Notes: generated by a model from the sequence alone, not told the origin. A stretch of DNA of 51,695 nucleotides from a bacterium (GCA_041946805.1 JBHGBC010000025.1:1-51695), one strand, 5' to 3'. Shown: positions 36,947-51,451, counted from the stretch's first letter. Numbers and translations are program-made.

Positions 36947-37798
36947 ATGAAATCCTTTTCGGGGAGGAATGGAACCATGGGGATTGCCGGGTGTGTTTTC
37001 TGTCTCTGGCTTTCCGCGCCGGTGGCCGTTTCTATCGATAATCCGCCGGATCGTTTTCAGGACGGCCTGCAAGGCCCGGTCAAAACGGTGGAATGGCGTG
37101 TTCAGGAAATGGATAAGAAACAGGATGAGATCCTCTGGCGGCCCGCCTATCTCTGGAAACGGGTATTTTACGATGAATCGGGAAACAAGACGGAAGAACA
37201 GCGGTTCGATGAAAACGGAAACCAGGTTGATTCCATCTCGTATAAGCCGAGCAGTAATAAAAAGCGGATAGTGCAAGAATGGACTGACAAAACGGGGGGA
37301 AAAACGTATTTCCACCAAGAATTCGATGACCATGGGAAAATCCTGAGGGAGAAATATTTGGATGCCTCGCGCCGGCTGATCCGCCAATGGGTTTATGAAT
37401 GGCATCCCGGGGAGAAATATGATTTGGTCTTTGTGTATGAAGCCGATGGCAAACGGACAGGGCAAGGCCGGTGGTATTACGACAGCCGTTGGCGCGTGAT
37501 CCGGAAAACCGGAACCGGGATGGATGTCACTTACGCTTATGATGACCAAGGCCGCCTGAGCCGTTCCGAACAAAAACAAGCCAACGGGACTTGGATCATC
37601 GAATACCAGGAGGGGAGAGAAATCAAGAAAACCGTTTCCTTGACAGAGGGCACGAGTTGGACCGCCATCTTCCGCTATGAAGACGACGAACGTGGAAATT
37701 GGATCCGGCAAACGGAAGTCATACTCTCACCCCCCGGCCAGACACCTCCCGAAAACGAAGTCCGCCGAGTCTTTCGGACGGTGGAGTATTATCCTTAG
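36947..37798 (+). CDS. Secreted YD/RHS-repeat-like hypothetical protein
   Basis: Signal-peptide-like segment, LQGPVKTV, repeated (F/Y)DxxG turns and a C-terminal DERGNWI...RTVEYY. Confidence 0.7.
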   Translation: MKSFSGRNGTMGIAGCVFCLWLSAPVAVSIDNPPDRFQDGLQGPVKTVEWRVQEMDKKQDEILWRPAYLWKRVFYDESGNKTEEQRFDENGNQVDSISYKPSSNKKRIVQEWTDKTGGKTYFHQEFDDHGKILREKYLDASRRLIRQWVYEWHPGEKYDLVFVYEADGKRTGQGRWYYDSRWRVIRKTGTGMDVTYAYDDQGRLSRSEQKQANGTWIIEYQEGREIKKTVSLTEGTSWTAIFRYEDDERGNWIRQTEVILSPPGQTPPENEVRRVFRTVEYYP

Positions 37799-38039
37799 TA
37801 TTTGAGGTATCGCCGGGAAATGCGTATGCCCAACCTTATGTCCAAGTTTGAAATTCAAGGCCGCAATCAAGCCGCCCATTGAAGGGTCCCCGATGATTCG
37901 GCGAGGTTCATGAGCAATGGGGAACGTTTTTGCTTAATGAAAAGGCTTTCCCTCACCCTGACCCTCTCCCGGGGGGAGAGGGAATCGTATATCGATCCCC
38001 TCTATGCTTGTACTGACGGAGCGGTAAAAGGTCACTTTA

Positions 38040-38100
38040 TTGTGGTGCAGACATCTTGTCTGCACAAAATATGGTTGCAGGCGGGACGCCTGCACCACAA
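38040..38100. repeat. Inverted REP-like pair
   Basis: TTGTGGTGCAGACATCTTGTCTGCA ... TGCAGGCGGGACGCCTGCACCACAA. Confidence 0.7.
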
Positions 38101-38203
38101 TATATAGAACATTTCAGGATCATTTTCATTTTTTGCCGCCTCGTTTTGTACTACGAATATAGCACTGAGAAAGATCAGCATCCGGGTAAATAGTTACTGG
38201 ATA

Positions 38204-38821
38204 TTAAATCCCGTTCTGGATCGGGCAAAAATATTCGGGAGTCGTCAGAGGATCCTTGGGGCCGACCCAGACGATGTCGCCGTGACTGTTCAACCCATTG
38301 GAACTTTGATACAAGAACCGGGGATTCCCCGCGGGACAGGCTTGTTGCGCGGTGCTGAAATCCCGCTGGCCGCCCCAGCCGTTGATGCCATCCGGCCCCC
38401 AGCTGTTCAGCCGCCACAAATGACCCCACCCGCCCGTGTGGCCGGACCCATAATTGTTGACGTAATCGTAGGCGAATCCCCATTGGTTGTAATCGGCGGC
38501 GTTCGCGTAGGTTGCGAAGGGATCATGGGGGACCGCGCTGATGTACGAGACTGGCGTGGTCATGCGGTAGAGGCGCACCTCGTTCGGATGCCAGGAGTCA
38601 AACCGGCCGGGAACCCGTGGTTTGTCGCAGGTGGGATAATCGTTGTTATCCATACGGTACATTTCCAGCGCGGTTTCCAGAGTCTTCATATCGGAAACCG
38701 CCCGGCTGACCTTGGCCCGGATCTGCGCGTTCAGGAAGTTCGGCACCGCGATGGCCGCCAGGATACCGATAATCGCCACGACAATCAATAATTCAATTAA
38801 TGTGAATCCCTTTCCTTTCAT
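38204..38821 (-). CDS. Prepilin-type N-terminal cleavage/methylation domain protein (GspG-like pseudopilin)
   Basis: GGAGGAGG RBS, KG|FTLIELLIVVAIIGILAAIAVP, DPF and SWGPDG motifs. Confidence 0.92.
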   Translation of the reverse strand: MKGKGFTLIELLIVVAIIGILAAIAVPNFLNAQIRAKVSRAVSDMKTLETALEMYRMDNNDYPTCDKPRVPGRFDSWHPNEVRLYRMTTPVSYISAVPHDPFATYANAADYNQWGFAYDYVNNYGSGHTGGWGHLWRLNSWGPDGINGWGGQRDFSTAQQACPAGNPRFLYQSSNGLNSHGDIVWVGPKDPLTTPEYFCPIQNGI

Positions 38822-39175
38822 GAGTACCTCCTCCACTTTTTGTAAATCGAACACATTATAACCTGACCTATTCAATGTCAATCGCTTTTATGAATATTAG
38901 TGCTACAACACGCTTCCATGGGGGTGCGGCGATGAAAGGGATTATGGCCTTGGATGGCCAAAGGCGGATTCATCCGGCAAATGCGTGCATGAGAGGTAAA
39001 ACATTTCCAATCCATTACTTCCCATCGATTGAGAAGCCTTCTTTCTCCCTTGTCCCTCTCGAAAAGGTATTCCTTCCACACCAAGATACGGACGGACACA
39101 AAGGACCGCCCCGGCAATGATTCCCTCAACTTGACCCTCTCCCCAAGGGCTGATTTTTCCCCACAAATCCTGCTC

Positions 39176-39258
39176 CGGGAGGGCGTACCTCCGGGGGAGC
39201 CGCGGAAATCGTGGGGCGTATCGAAACCATTCGGCCCGGCGGGAGCCTCGCCCTCCCG
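39176..39258. repeat. Inverted REP-like pair, second copy
   Basis: Homologous to 32575-32657. Confidence 0.75.
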
Positions 39259-39318
39259 GTCAGCATCCAGGTTTTTCTGACAAACGCAGGGTTGCCATCT
39301 CCGTGATATATTCCATAA

Positions 39319-39412
39319 CCCTCACCCTGAGGGAGAGGGAATCGTCAAGACTCTCTCCCTGAGGGAGAAGGCATCGTTAAGACTCTTTCCCTGAGAGAGA
39401 GGGATCGTTAAG
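39319..39412. repeat. Tandem repeat, 3 x about 32 bp
   Basis: Units CCCTCACCCTGAGGGAGAGGGAATCGTCAAGA, CTCTCTCCCTGAGGGAGAAGGCATCGTTAAGA and CTCTTTCCCTGAGAGAGAGGGATCGTTAAG. Confidence 0.8.
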
Positions 39413-39483
39413 CGTTCCCAGCAATCCTAACATCACAAATAGAGCAATGAGAAAGATCCGCAGCCGAGTATATAGTTACAATC

Positions 39484-40980
39484 TCATTTCCCCGGCGGAT
39501 TGTCCGCCAGGGCCTGGCTGATTTGCTGGATCAATTCGCTTCCGTGCGCATCGTCCCGGATGATTTTCCCCTGGGGGCCGATCAGGAAGGCCGCGGGGAC
39601 TTCCTTTACGCCGAAGGTTTGCGGCAGCGCGTGTTCCAGACCGTTAACCTGCGCCTGGAGCCAATTCATCTGGTTGGAGTCGATGCATTTCCTCAAGGCA
39701 TCCCGTTCGGAGTCCGGATCCACGTTGACGCTGATCAAGACAAAATGCTTGTTGCCTTGAAACCGCGCCTGGGCCTGGCGGTACTGGGGCAGCTCCTGCA
39801 GGCACAGGGTAGACGCCATCGACCAGAAATGAACCAGCACCACCGAGCCGCGGAAACGGTCCATGCGCAGCGTCCGGCCGTCCAGCGCCGGGATCTCGGC
39901 CGTGGGGATCTGCCCCCCTGCGGCCACCGGCGGCGTAACCTCCACCTCAATCCGGCCCAGGTCGTGTGGTGAATCGGAACCGCCCTCGGGAATGGTGACC
40001 TTGAGGGTCGATTCGCCCAGTTTGCGCACGGAGCGGCGGCGCAGCGCGTCCGGTTCGAACAGCGACACGACCAGCGTGTACGTTCCCGGCAGTATCCCCT
40101 CAACCTGGAACGCGCCGTCGGGCTGAGTGTCGAAATAATACCGCCGGTCCATCCGGAAATGGGCCTTGCCTTCCTCGGTCCGGATCCAACGGTCGAACCA
40201 GGCGTTTTGGGCGTTTCGGCCCTGGGCCGTCACCTCGGGCGGGTAGGGAATCTCCTCCTGATCACGGAACAGCATCCCCATGCCGGTAATGGGGCCGATG
40301 TCCGCGCCCCCGGCCGGGGCGACCGTCCCCGTGACCGCGCGCCCCTCCGCCGGAATCTCCGCCCGCGCGGTTTGATTGGGCAAAACCGTGATTGGATAGG
40401 CATGGCTGTCGAATTCCATGAAATACACTTTTTTCTTGTAACCGATCCACGCCTCGCCGGGAATCACGCGGTCGAACGCAAACCGCCCTTCCACACCGGT
40501 GACGGCGGTGTACCGCGTGGGAAAATGGGTTTCATAGGGTTGTGTATAGATCAAGGCCACCGTGACCGACGGCATGATCCGGGATCCGATCCGGAACACG
40601 CCTTCCACCCGGCCCCAGGGCCGCAATTCGATCGGCTCGTTTTTTTTCAGGCTTTCATGCGGCAAGTCCGCGTAGCCCTGGTCATGCAGCACAAACAGGC
40701 TGTATTCGGTCTCGCGGAAGTTCGGAAACGCGAAGCGGCCGTCCGCGCCGGTCTTGACCGTCACCGCCCCTGGGCTGAACTTCTCGCCGTTGATCAGCCA
40801 CGCGCGCTTATAACGGGCTGACACCGCCACCAGCGCCCCCTCGACGGGCTTTCCGTTCAGCACGACGGTCCCCGCAGGCCCTTCCCGCATTTCCCCCGCC
40901 GGGGAGAACAGCCCGGCGCACAGAAACAAGAGCAGCCCCGCCGCGGCCAGCATCCCACGGGGCTTCACGTTGGTTTTCAT
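39484..40980 (-). CDS. Secreted protein with carboxypeptidase-regulatory-like beta domains and a C-terminal TlpA/thioredoxin-like domain
   Basis: Signal peptide, repeated TxxDGRF motifs, FRGSVVLVHFW...CLQELP, ISVNVD and VPAAFLIGPQGKI. Confidence 0.8.
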   Translation of the reverse strand: MKTNVKPRGMLAAAGLLLFLCAGLFSPAGEMREGPAGTVVLNGKPVEGALVAVSARYKRAWLINGEKFSPGAVTVKTGADGRFAFPNFRETEYSLFVLHDQGYADLPHESLKKNEPIELRPWGRVEGVFRIGSRIMPSVTVALIYTQPYETHFPTRYTAVTGVEGRFAFDRVIPGEAWIGYKKKVYFMEFDSHAYPITVLPNQTARAEIPAEGRAVTGTVAPAGGADIGPITGMGMLFRDQEEIPYPPEVTAQGRNAQNAWFDRWIRTEEGKAHFRMDRRYYFDTQPDGAFQVEGILPGTYTLVVSLFEPDALRRRSVRKLGESTLKVTIPEGGSDSPHDLGRIEVEVTPPVAAGGQIPTAEIPALDGRTLRMDRFRGSVVLVHFWSMASTLCLQELPQYRQAQARFQGNKHFVLISVNVDPDSERDALRKCIDSNQMNWLQAQVNGLEHALPQTFGVKEVPAAFLIGPQGKIIRDDAHGSELIQQISQALADNPPGK

Positions 40981-41562
40981 CCTTTCAACTCCCTTTTCCA
41001 TTGCATCTCTTCCAGGAGATCGATGCGAACCATTCCCGAAATTCCCTCTCCCTCTGGGAGAGGGTTAGGGTGAGGGTGAGGGAATATTTTCAGGTCGGTC
41101 TTGGTATCCGCTCCTGGAATCAAGGGGATTGAATTTGCTTATGCAATGGTTTGCCTAATTGCACGGATATTATGTAGGGTCCCTTCCAAGCATCTCTCAC
41201 CACAAGCCCCTCTCCCATAAAGGGAGAGGGGAGTGATTACTTTTACGCTCATATCCAAGGACTTACTCCCTAGGCCTTGCTCATGACGCGCCGTCAATGT
41301 TTGAAAAACAATACTTTTTTTCAGAAAACCATTCCTCGCTCCATTAAAACTGAACCAGGGCCTGCATCCTGGCCGGTTCCTGATTATAAGGAGTCAATTG
41401 GAAAGATGAATAGTGGAGGGATATTCTTGAGATTGCTCCACCCGTACTCCTTTTGTACAGGTTATGGCGGCATAAAAAACCAGGACCCCGTTTCCGAGGT
41501 CCTGATTGCCTGTATTTCGCCGATTGTGGCCGAGCCCGCCGCATCTGCCCGCGATGTGATAG

Positions 41563-43410
41563 TTACTGGGACGGCGGATCAATACTGGGCCGGGCGGCCT
41601 TGCCGGGATCGAGTGTGTAAAAGTCCGGATAGAGCAATTCGATCCGGCTTTTGTCCACCATCTTGCCCATCAGTTCTTCCATGTACTGCGAACGTTTTTG
41701 CGACAACAGCCCTTGCTCGATGCGTTTCTGAACCGTGGGATCGCTGTACTCCAGTTTTCCCCGTTCCGGCTTGTCGAAGCACTTGAAGACGTAATAGCAA
41801 TCCTCGCCGTTGAACGGTTCTTCCGAAACCGCCCCCGCCTCCAGGCGCAGCGCCTCGGCAGCCGCCATGCGCGGGAGTTTATCGGTTTCGGCGGCGATGT
41901 AGCCCAGGTCCCCGCCATCCGCCGCGCTGGGATCGGTCGACAGTTCCTTCGCCAGTTGCGCGAAATCCTCGCCTTTCTTGATCCGCTCGATGGCTTCCTT
42001 GGCCTTGCCCAGGGCCGCCTGCTGCGCCTTGTAGATCTCATACATGATCTGCTTGTCATGGGGCGGATAATCCACCCGGATCACGCCGGCGTGGGAGGTC
42101 TGCCGGTCCTGGAAGCGGTTGGCGTTGCTTTCGTAATAAGCCAATTTTTCTTCCTCCGTGATGGGATGCGCCTGGAGGTATTGCTCGGCCATCCGGGTCC
42201 ACCATACGCGGTACAACTTCTGATTGCGCCCGATATCGGTCAGCATCCGGAAGGCGGGGATCTGGTCGTAGCCCAAATCGCGGGCCAGTTTGGCCACGAT
42301 ATATTGGTAAATCAGGCCGGATTTCAGATACTCGATGATCCGGTCCCGGTAGGCCTCGATCCCTTCGTTCGGATCGCGGTTTTGCTTGGTGGTCCGGGTA
42401 ATGTTGTAGTCGTAGCGGGTGATGGGCTGGCCGTACACCACGGCCACCACGGCATCCGGAGCGGCATTTTCGTCGAATACCACATAGGGTTGGAACCGGG
42501 TGACTGCCTGGTTGAAGTGCTCATCCAGCAAGGCCTGGATCCATCCTTGCAGACGTTCGCTCATCAGCTGGTTCTGAATGGAGAGTTTGGCCGCTTCGAA
42601 GGGGGTGTAGCGTTCGTTTTCGAAGGTTTCCAGTTTGAGGATTTCATAACCATATTTGGTGGGCACGACATCGCTGATATCGCCGGGTTTCATGGAACGG
42701 AGGGCGTCCTCGATCACGGGATTGATCGCCTTGTCCGGATTGTATTCCCGGGTCTTGATCGGCCCGATCAGATCGCCCTTGCGGCTCGAATCGCTGTATT
42801 TCTGGGCTATTTCGACAAAATCGGAACCGGAACGGATCAAGGCCAGAGCTTCCTGAGCCCGGACCGGCGCCTGTTTTTGCACCGCTTCCGGCTTGTCGAT
42901 GGTCTGAAAGAAAATGTGCCGGAACGAGAACTGCGAAGGCTGGAAATATTCCTTCTTGGTCTCTTCATAGCGTCTCTTCAATTCGTCGTCGGTGGGAACC
43001 ATCTTCTGGTAATACTGATGATACTGGTAAAAGCGGACCAGCCAGTCATTCTCCATGACCCGGTTGTGCGCTATGAATTCCGTCTCCGTCCAATACCCTT
43101 GCTCCTTGGATAACCGGGCGATCAAGTGTTCGAAAATCGTCTGTTGCAACGCTTGATCTAATATTTGCTTACGCTCATCCCCGGTAGACCGCTCAAATTG
43201 ATACAGTTTGTCGCGCGCGTATTGAAAAAAATACGAAAGTGATAATTCCAGGTCTCCATACCGCGCCAGCGGCGTGTCATAAGGAATCAACGCCGCCGGG
43301 GCCGCCGGGCTTGCCTGACCGGATTCCTGGGCCGCCAATATCCCCGGAAACACCACCAAGGCCAGCATTATCGAGGCCGGAAGCACGAAACGAATCCCAA
43401 TCCATTTCAT
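41563..43410 (-). CDS. Exported peptidyl-prolyl isomerase with two parvulin (PpiC) domains
   Basis: Signal peptide, FRHIFF...DFVEIAQKYSD...TKYGYEI and DFAQLAKELSTD...GGDLG. Confidence 0.88.
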   Translation of the reverse strand: MKWIGIRFVLPASIMLALVVFPGILAAQESGQASPAAPAALIPYDTPLARYGDLELSLSYFFQYARDKLYQFERSTGDERKQILDQALQQTIFEHLIARLSKEQGYWTETEFIAHNRVMENDWLVRFYQYHQYYQKMVPTDDELKRRYEETKKEYFQPSQFSFRHIFFQTIDKPEAVQKQAPVRAQEALALIRSGSDFVEIAQKYSDSSRKGDLIGPIKTREYNPDKAINPVIEDALRSMKPGDISDVVPTKYGYEILKLETFENERYTPFEAAKLSIQNQLMSERLQGWIQALLDEHFNQAVTRFQPYVVFDENAAPDAVVAVVYGQPITRYDYNITRTTKQNRDPNEGIEAYRDRIIEYLKSGLIYQYIVAKLARDLGYDQIPAFRMLTDIGRNQKLYRVWWTRMAEQYLQAHPITEEEKLAYYESNANRFQDRQTSHAGVIRVDYPPHDKQIMYEIYKAQQAALGKAKEAIERIKKGEDFAQLAKELSTDPSAADGGDLGYIAAETDKLPRMAAAEALRLEAGAVSEEPFNGEDCYYVFKCFDKPERGKLEYSDPTVQKRIEQGLLSQKRSQYMEELMGKMVDKSRIELLYPDFYTLDPGKAARPSIDPPSQ

Positions 43411-43613
43411 TATTCTGTTCCTCCGAGAAGGTTTCGGTGATAGCACGACCGCTATTGTACGTGAAACCTGCCACCCGGGGAAAGGAGAACAGCACAAGAA
43501 CAAATCTAATTTGACCATATTACTAAATAGATAAATATGGTAAACTATTTCTTCACCGACAGGCACCGGGCTGGAACTGAAAGCCATTCCACGTGGGAGG
43601 AATGAAGTGTGAG

Positions 43614-45578
<1,965 letters not shown>

Positions 45579-45816
45579 GACAGCCGGAGGAAAACCACTT
45601 TGCTGCTTACCACCACCCCCGGGAATATGATCCACTGAATTTTCGACAGGACTGCCTCCCGGATTCCCGTCAGGGGTACGGAATACCGTTCAATCCGATA
45701 CCCTGCGCCGACAGGAGCTCACCTCCCCCAGAGATACCCTTCTACACCAACCTGTCCTGAGCACGTTCCCAGGGGATTCTGGCTGCTCATCCTGTCAAAA
45801 TGAATGACGCATGCGG

Positions 45817-48096
45817 TTAGTTCTCTACGATGATACATCGTACATCCAAGCCCGGCACGGCGATCGTCACCGTTTGTCCGGATCGCGGCAATGGCTCCGA
45901 CAGCAAATCCGTCACCCGGCTCCAGCCTCCCACCTCCAGGTGCTCGATGACCTCGTCTTCCCATGGATTGGTCAATAACCAGGCCTCGCGGTTCTGCCCC
46001 ACGCGCCGGCGCAGAAGGAGTTTGCCCCGTTTCTCGCTGGGAACATCGACCTGCTTCATCAACGCCGCAACAAAGGACGCGGTTTTTTCATTGCGATAGG
46101 CGGTTCCATTGTGGCCGATGAAGGTGCCCAAAAGCCAGGCGCGGCCCTTCCCGGCATGGTTCACGACACCAGCCACCGCTTCTCCCTGGCGGAGGATGGG
46201 TTCAGATCCTTGGGATTCGAAGGTTTGCAGATAGAAGTTGGCCAGGACCCGGTGGTTTTGGAAGGGACCCACTCCTTCCAGTTCGAGGGAATCCAGAAAC
46301 TCGCCCCATGTGCGCTCGCCGGGCATCCAACGGTGGCCGCCGTTGGGTTCCTTGACCATCTGAAAACGGGTCTGCCGCACGGCAAACAGATCTCGCATGG
46401 TGGGCGAGATCTCGCCCCGCGGACAAAGTCCGTGTTCATTCATCCGGCCGGGAGCGGCTTCGCTGATCAGGTTGCCGCCGGCTTCCACGTAGCTTTTCAG
46501 CCGGGCGGCCGAAGCCTCGGCCAGCGAGATGGGAAAAGGCAGCACCAAGGCTTTATATTGTCCCGCCGTGGCCGCTGAAACGTCTTCGATCGCCACAAAG
46601 TCCACGGCAATTCCCAGATCCCATAGCAACCGATACCAGCCGCGCACGCTGTAACTCAGATGCCGGCTGGTATTGTAGTAGCCCGAGCAGAAGGCATGGT
46701 TCCATTCGTCGATAAGGATGCCTATTTGCGATTGCGGACGGGACGGGCGCCCAAAAATGTCGGGATAGTTCATCAGGGCGCGGCCGATCCGCGAGGCTTC
46801 CTCAAAACGCGGCGTCGTATCGCCCTCGCTGTCGAGCAGGCTGAATCCATTGTTTTCCTGGCCCGCGATCTCCGCCCGGGTAACCCAGAAGGAGATCGTG
46901 TTCACTCCGCTGCCCACCACCGTGAGCATCCAGCGGCGGATATCCTCCGGAGACGGGACGCGGCCCTTATGGAACTCGGTTCCCACGGGGCCGCCTTGGA
47001 ATTCCGCCGCCCAGACGGGATGGCCTTGGGGATTGGCCGAACGGATATAGTCATAGCTCAAGGCCAGTTTGTTCCACATCTCGGCCCGAAGAGCGTTTGG
47101 CCGGGCCGGTTCGCCGGCGGAGTCGTCATCCCAGCCGTCGAAGGGGCCCCAGGCCGGATAGGATGAAGATCCGACAAAATCCTGGCAACGGGCATACGTC
47201 CAATCCCGGCCGGAGCCGATGGCAGGGGAGCCTTTATGGGCGAACACCGGCCGCTTGAGCGGATCGGCCTCTTTGATGGTCTGATACCGTTCCCTCAAGG
47301 TCTGCGCGACGTGAACATTGGCCATGAAGTAACGCCAGTCCACGTCCTGCCCGAGGCCGACCGCCACCCCGCGGTTGGGGGCCACATGCTGCCAATCCCG
47401 GTAATTGGTTCCCCAAGCGCGGTTTAATGCGTCCAGCCCCGGGTATTTTGTCTGGAGCCAGTACCGAAAGTGCTGGAGGGTGTTGGGGCAGTAGCAAACT
47501 TCTTGACCAATTAGGGATTCAGCCCAATAAGCGATCTCTTGCCAGGTGTTCCAGACTGTCACGTTGGGATATTTACCCAAGGCCTCGACCAGGGCCCGGA
47601 TATAACGCTTCTGCGCGGCCATCGCTCCGGGATGGTCAAAACAGGGCCCCGGCTTGCCGTCCGCCGGCAAGGTCAAGAAGGTTTCATACACCACCGGCGC
47701 GCCGTTCTTCCCCACCATCCGGCAATCGGGATATTTCTCATAGAGCCACGGAGGCGCTTGTTCGCATGTCAATCCCACATAAACACTCAGGCCCAGTTTT
47801 TCGGCATGCGCAATGAGTTCCTCCCAACGGGCAAAATCATATTGGCCTTCCAGGGGTTCATCGATGGCCCAGTGGGTCTGGAGTTTGATCAAGTTGAATC
47901 CATGCCGCTTGAGGTTCTCCATGTCCGCCTTGAGTTCGGCCATCTCCGGCATGGGAAACCGGCAAAGATGCGATCCCAGGAAAAAGGTGTTTGCGACGGT
48001 GAAGTTTTCTTCAGCGGCCGGTGTTGGCCAGGAGGCAACCGACAAGGCAAGGGCCAGCCATGCAGTCCTTGCCGATAGTCGGTAAAAATGATTCAT
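45817..48096 (-). CDS. Secreted GH42-like beta-galactosidase family glycoside hydrolase
   Basis: W..DEP.EGQYDF, WNTWQE (candidate acid/base), WAAEFQGG (candidate nucleophile) and a trimerisation-like domain (YVEAGGNLISE). Confidence 0.82.
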   Translation of the reverse strand: MNHFYRLSARTAWLALALSVASWPTPAAEENFTVANTFFLGSHLCRFPMPEMAELKADMENLKRHGFNLIKLQTHWAIDEPLEGQYDFARWEELIAHAEKLGLSVYVGLTCEQAPPWLYEKYPDCRMVGKNGAPVVYETFLTLPADGKPGPCFDHPGAMAAQKRYIRALVEALGKYPNVTVWNTWQEIAYWAESLIGQEVCYCPNTLQHFRYWLQTKYPGLDALNRAWGTNYRDWQHVAPNRGVAVGLGQDVDWRYFMANVHVAQTLRERYQTIKEADPLKRPVFAHKGSPAIGSGRDWTYARCQDFVGSSSYPAWGPFDGWDDDSAGEPARPNALRAEMWNKLALSYDYIRSANPQGHPVWAAEFQGGPVGTEFHKGRVPSPEDIRRWMLTVVGSGVNTISFWVTRAEIAGQENNGFSLLDSEGDTTPRFEEASRIGRALMNYPDIFGRPSRPQSQIGILIDEWNHAFCSGYYNTSRHLSYSVRGWYRLLWDLGIAVDFVAIEDVSAATAGQYKALVLPFPISLAEASAARLKSYVEAGGNLISEAAPGRMNEHGLCPRGEISPTMRDLFAVRQTRFQMVKEPNGGHRWMPGERTWGEFLDSLELEGVGPFQNHRVLANFYLQTFESQGSEPILRQGEAVAGVVNHAGKGRAWLLGTFIGHNGTAYRNEKTASFVAALMKQVDVPSEKRGKLLLRRRVGQNREAWLLTNPWEDEVIEHLEVGGWSRVTDLLSEPLPRSGQTVTIAVPGLDVRCIIVEN

Positions 48097-48238
48097 GATG
48101 GTTCCTTTCTCGTTAAACCAATTTCCGATTCGATACGTTGCCGTGGCAATTGATCCACGCTCCTTAAAAGAAGCAACCGGCTCCCGGCCATCTGGCTAAT
48201 CCCTCCGTATGGCCTACAAAACAATCATCTTTTTCCTG

Positions 48239-50650
<2,412 letters not shown>

Positions 50651-50880
50651 TTAACGGAGTGAATCAACGGGAATTTCTTTAGCTCCTCCAGCGCCTGCAG
50701 GAGCTGCGCTTATCCTACACGAGCCAATTCGGAAAATGAATCTCTTGAATAATCCGTGGATCAAAAAGCCAAAAGCCCCTGGTGAAAAGGATAAAACCAG
50801 GGACCTGAAACCAGCGCATCCTTTTTCCTACAATCAGATGGAAACCTAACCCAGGAATCCATTGGCGAAAGGGGAGTAGG

Positions 50881-51451
50881 CGCATCGTCTGCCAGGCGGT
50901 GGAGATGGCGGCGGCCTGGCGCCGGGCACACAGGAATTTAGACGGCATCCAGGCGCTGGGGAATGATGAGATGCAATCCGGGCGGGGCAAGGGGCGGTAT
51001 TGAAGCGCAGCCGGTGGTTGTTTCTGAAACGGGTGGAGAATCATCTGACGGAGAAGCAGGGGGAGCGTCTGGCGGAGACCGTGCGGCCTGACTTGCGGAC
51101 GGTGCGGGCGTATCTGCTTAAGGAAAAGATGCAATTGTTCTGAGAGTGCCGGCCGCCATGGTGGGCGGGGCGCTTTCTGGATTCGTAGTGCGAGAAGACG
51201 ATGCGATCGCGGTTCGAGCCGATGAAGAGAATGGCGCGGATGGTGCGGAGTCACCGGGAGTTGATTGGGAACTGGATCCGGGCGCGGAAGGCATTTTCCG
51301 CGGGGGTGGTGGAGGGCTTAAACAACCAAGCGAAATTGACTATGAAAAAAGCGTGCGGCTACAAATCGTTTCAGACGCTGGCAACCGCCTTGCATCATAC
51401 CCTTGAGAATCTTCCCGGGCCGTAATCCCCCCACCGGTTTTTGGAGGAGGC
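50881..51451 (+). pseudogene. ISL3-family transposase remnant with internal deletion and stop codons
   Basis: Fragments AWRRAHRNLDGIQALGNDEMQ, LKRSRWLFLKR, RTVRAYLLKE and SAGVVEGLNNQAK...KACGY, with in-frame stops near 51141, 51186 and 51423. Confidence 0.85.

Noticed and set aside
39319..39412. Possible mini-CRISPR array
   Set aside because: The units are contiguous with no unique spacers, and no cas genes are present.
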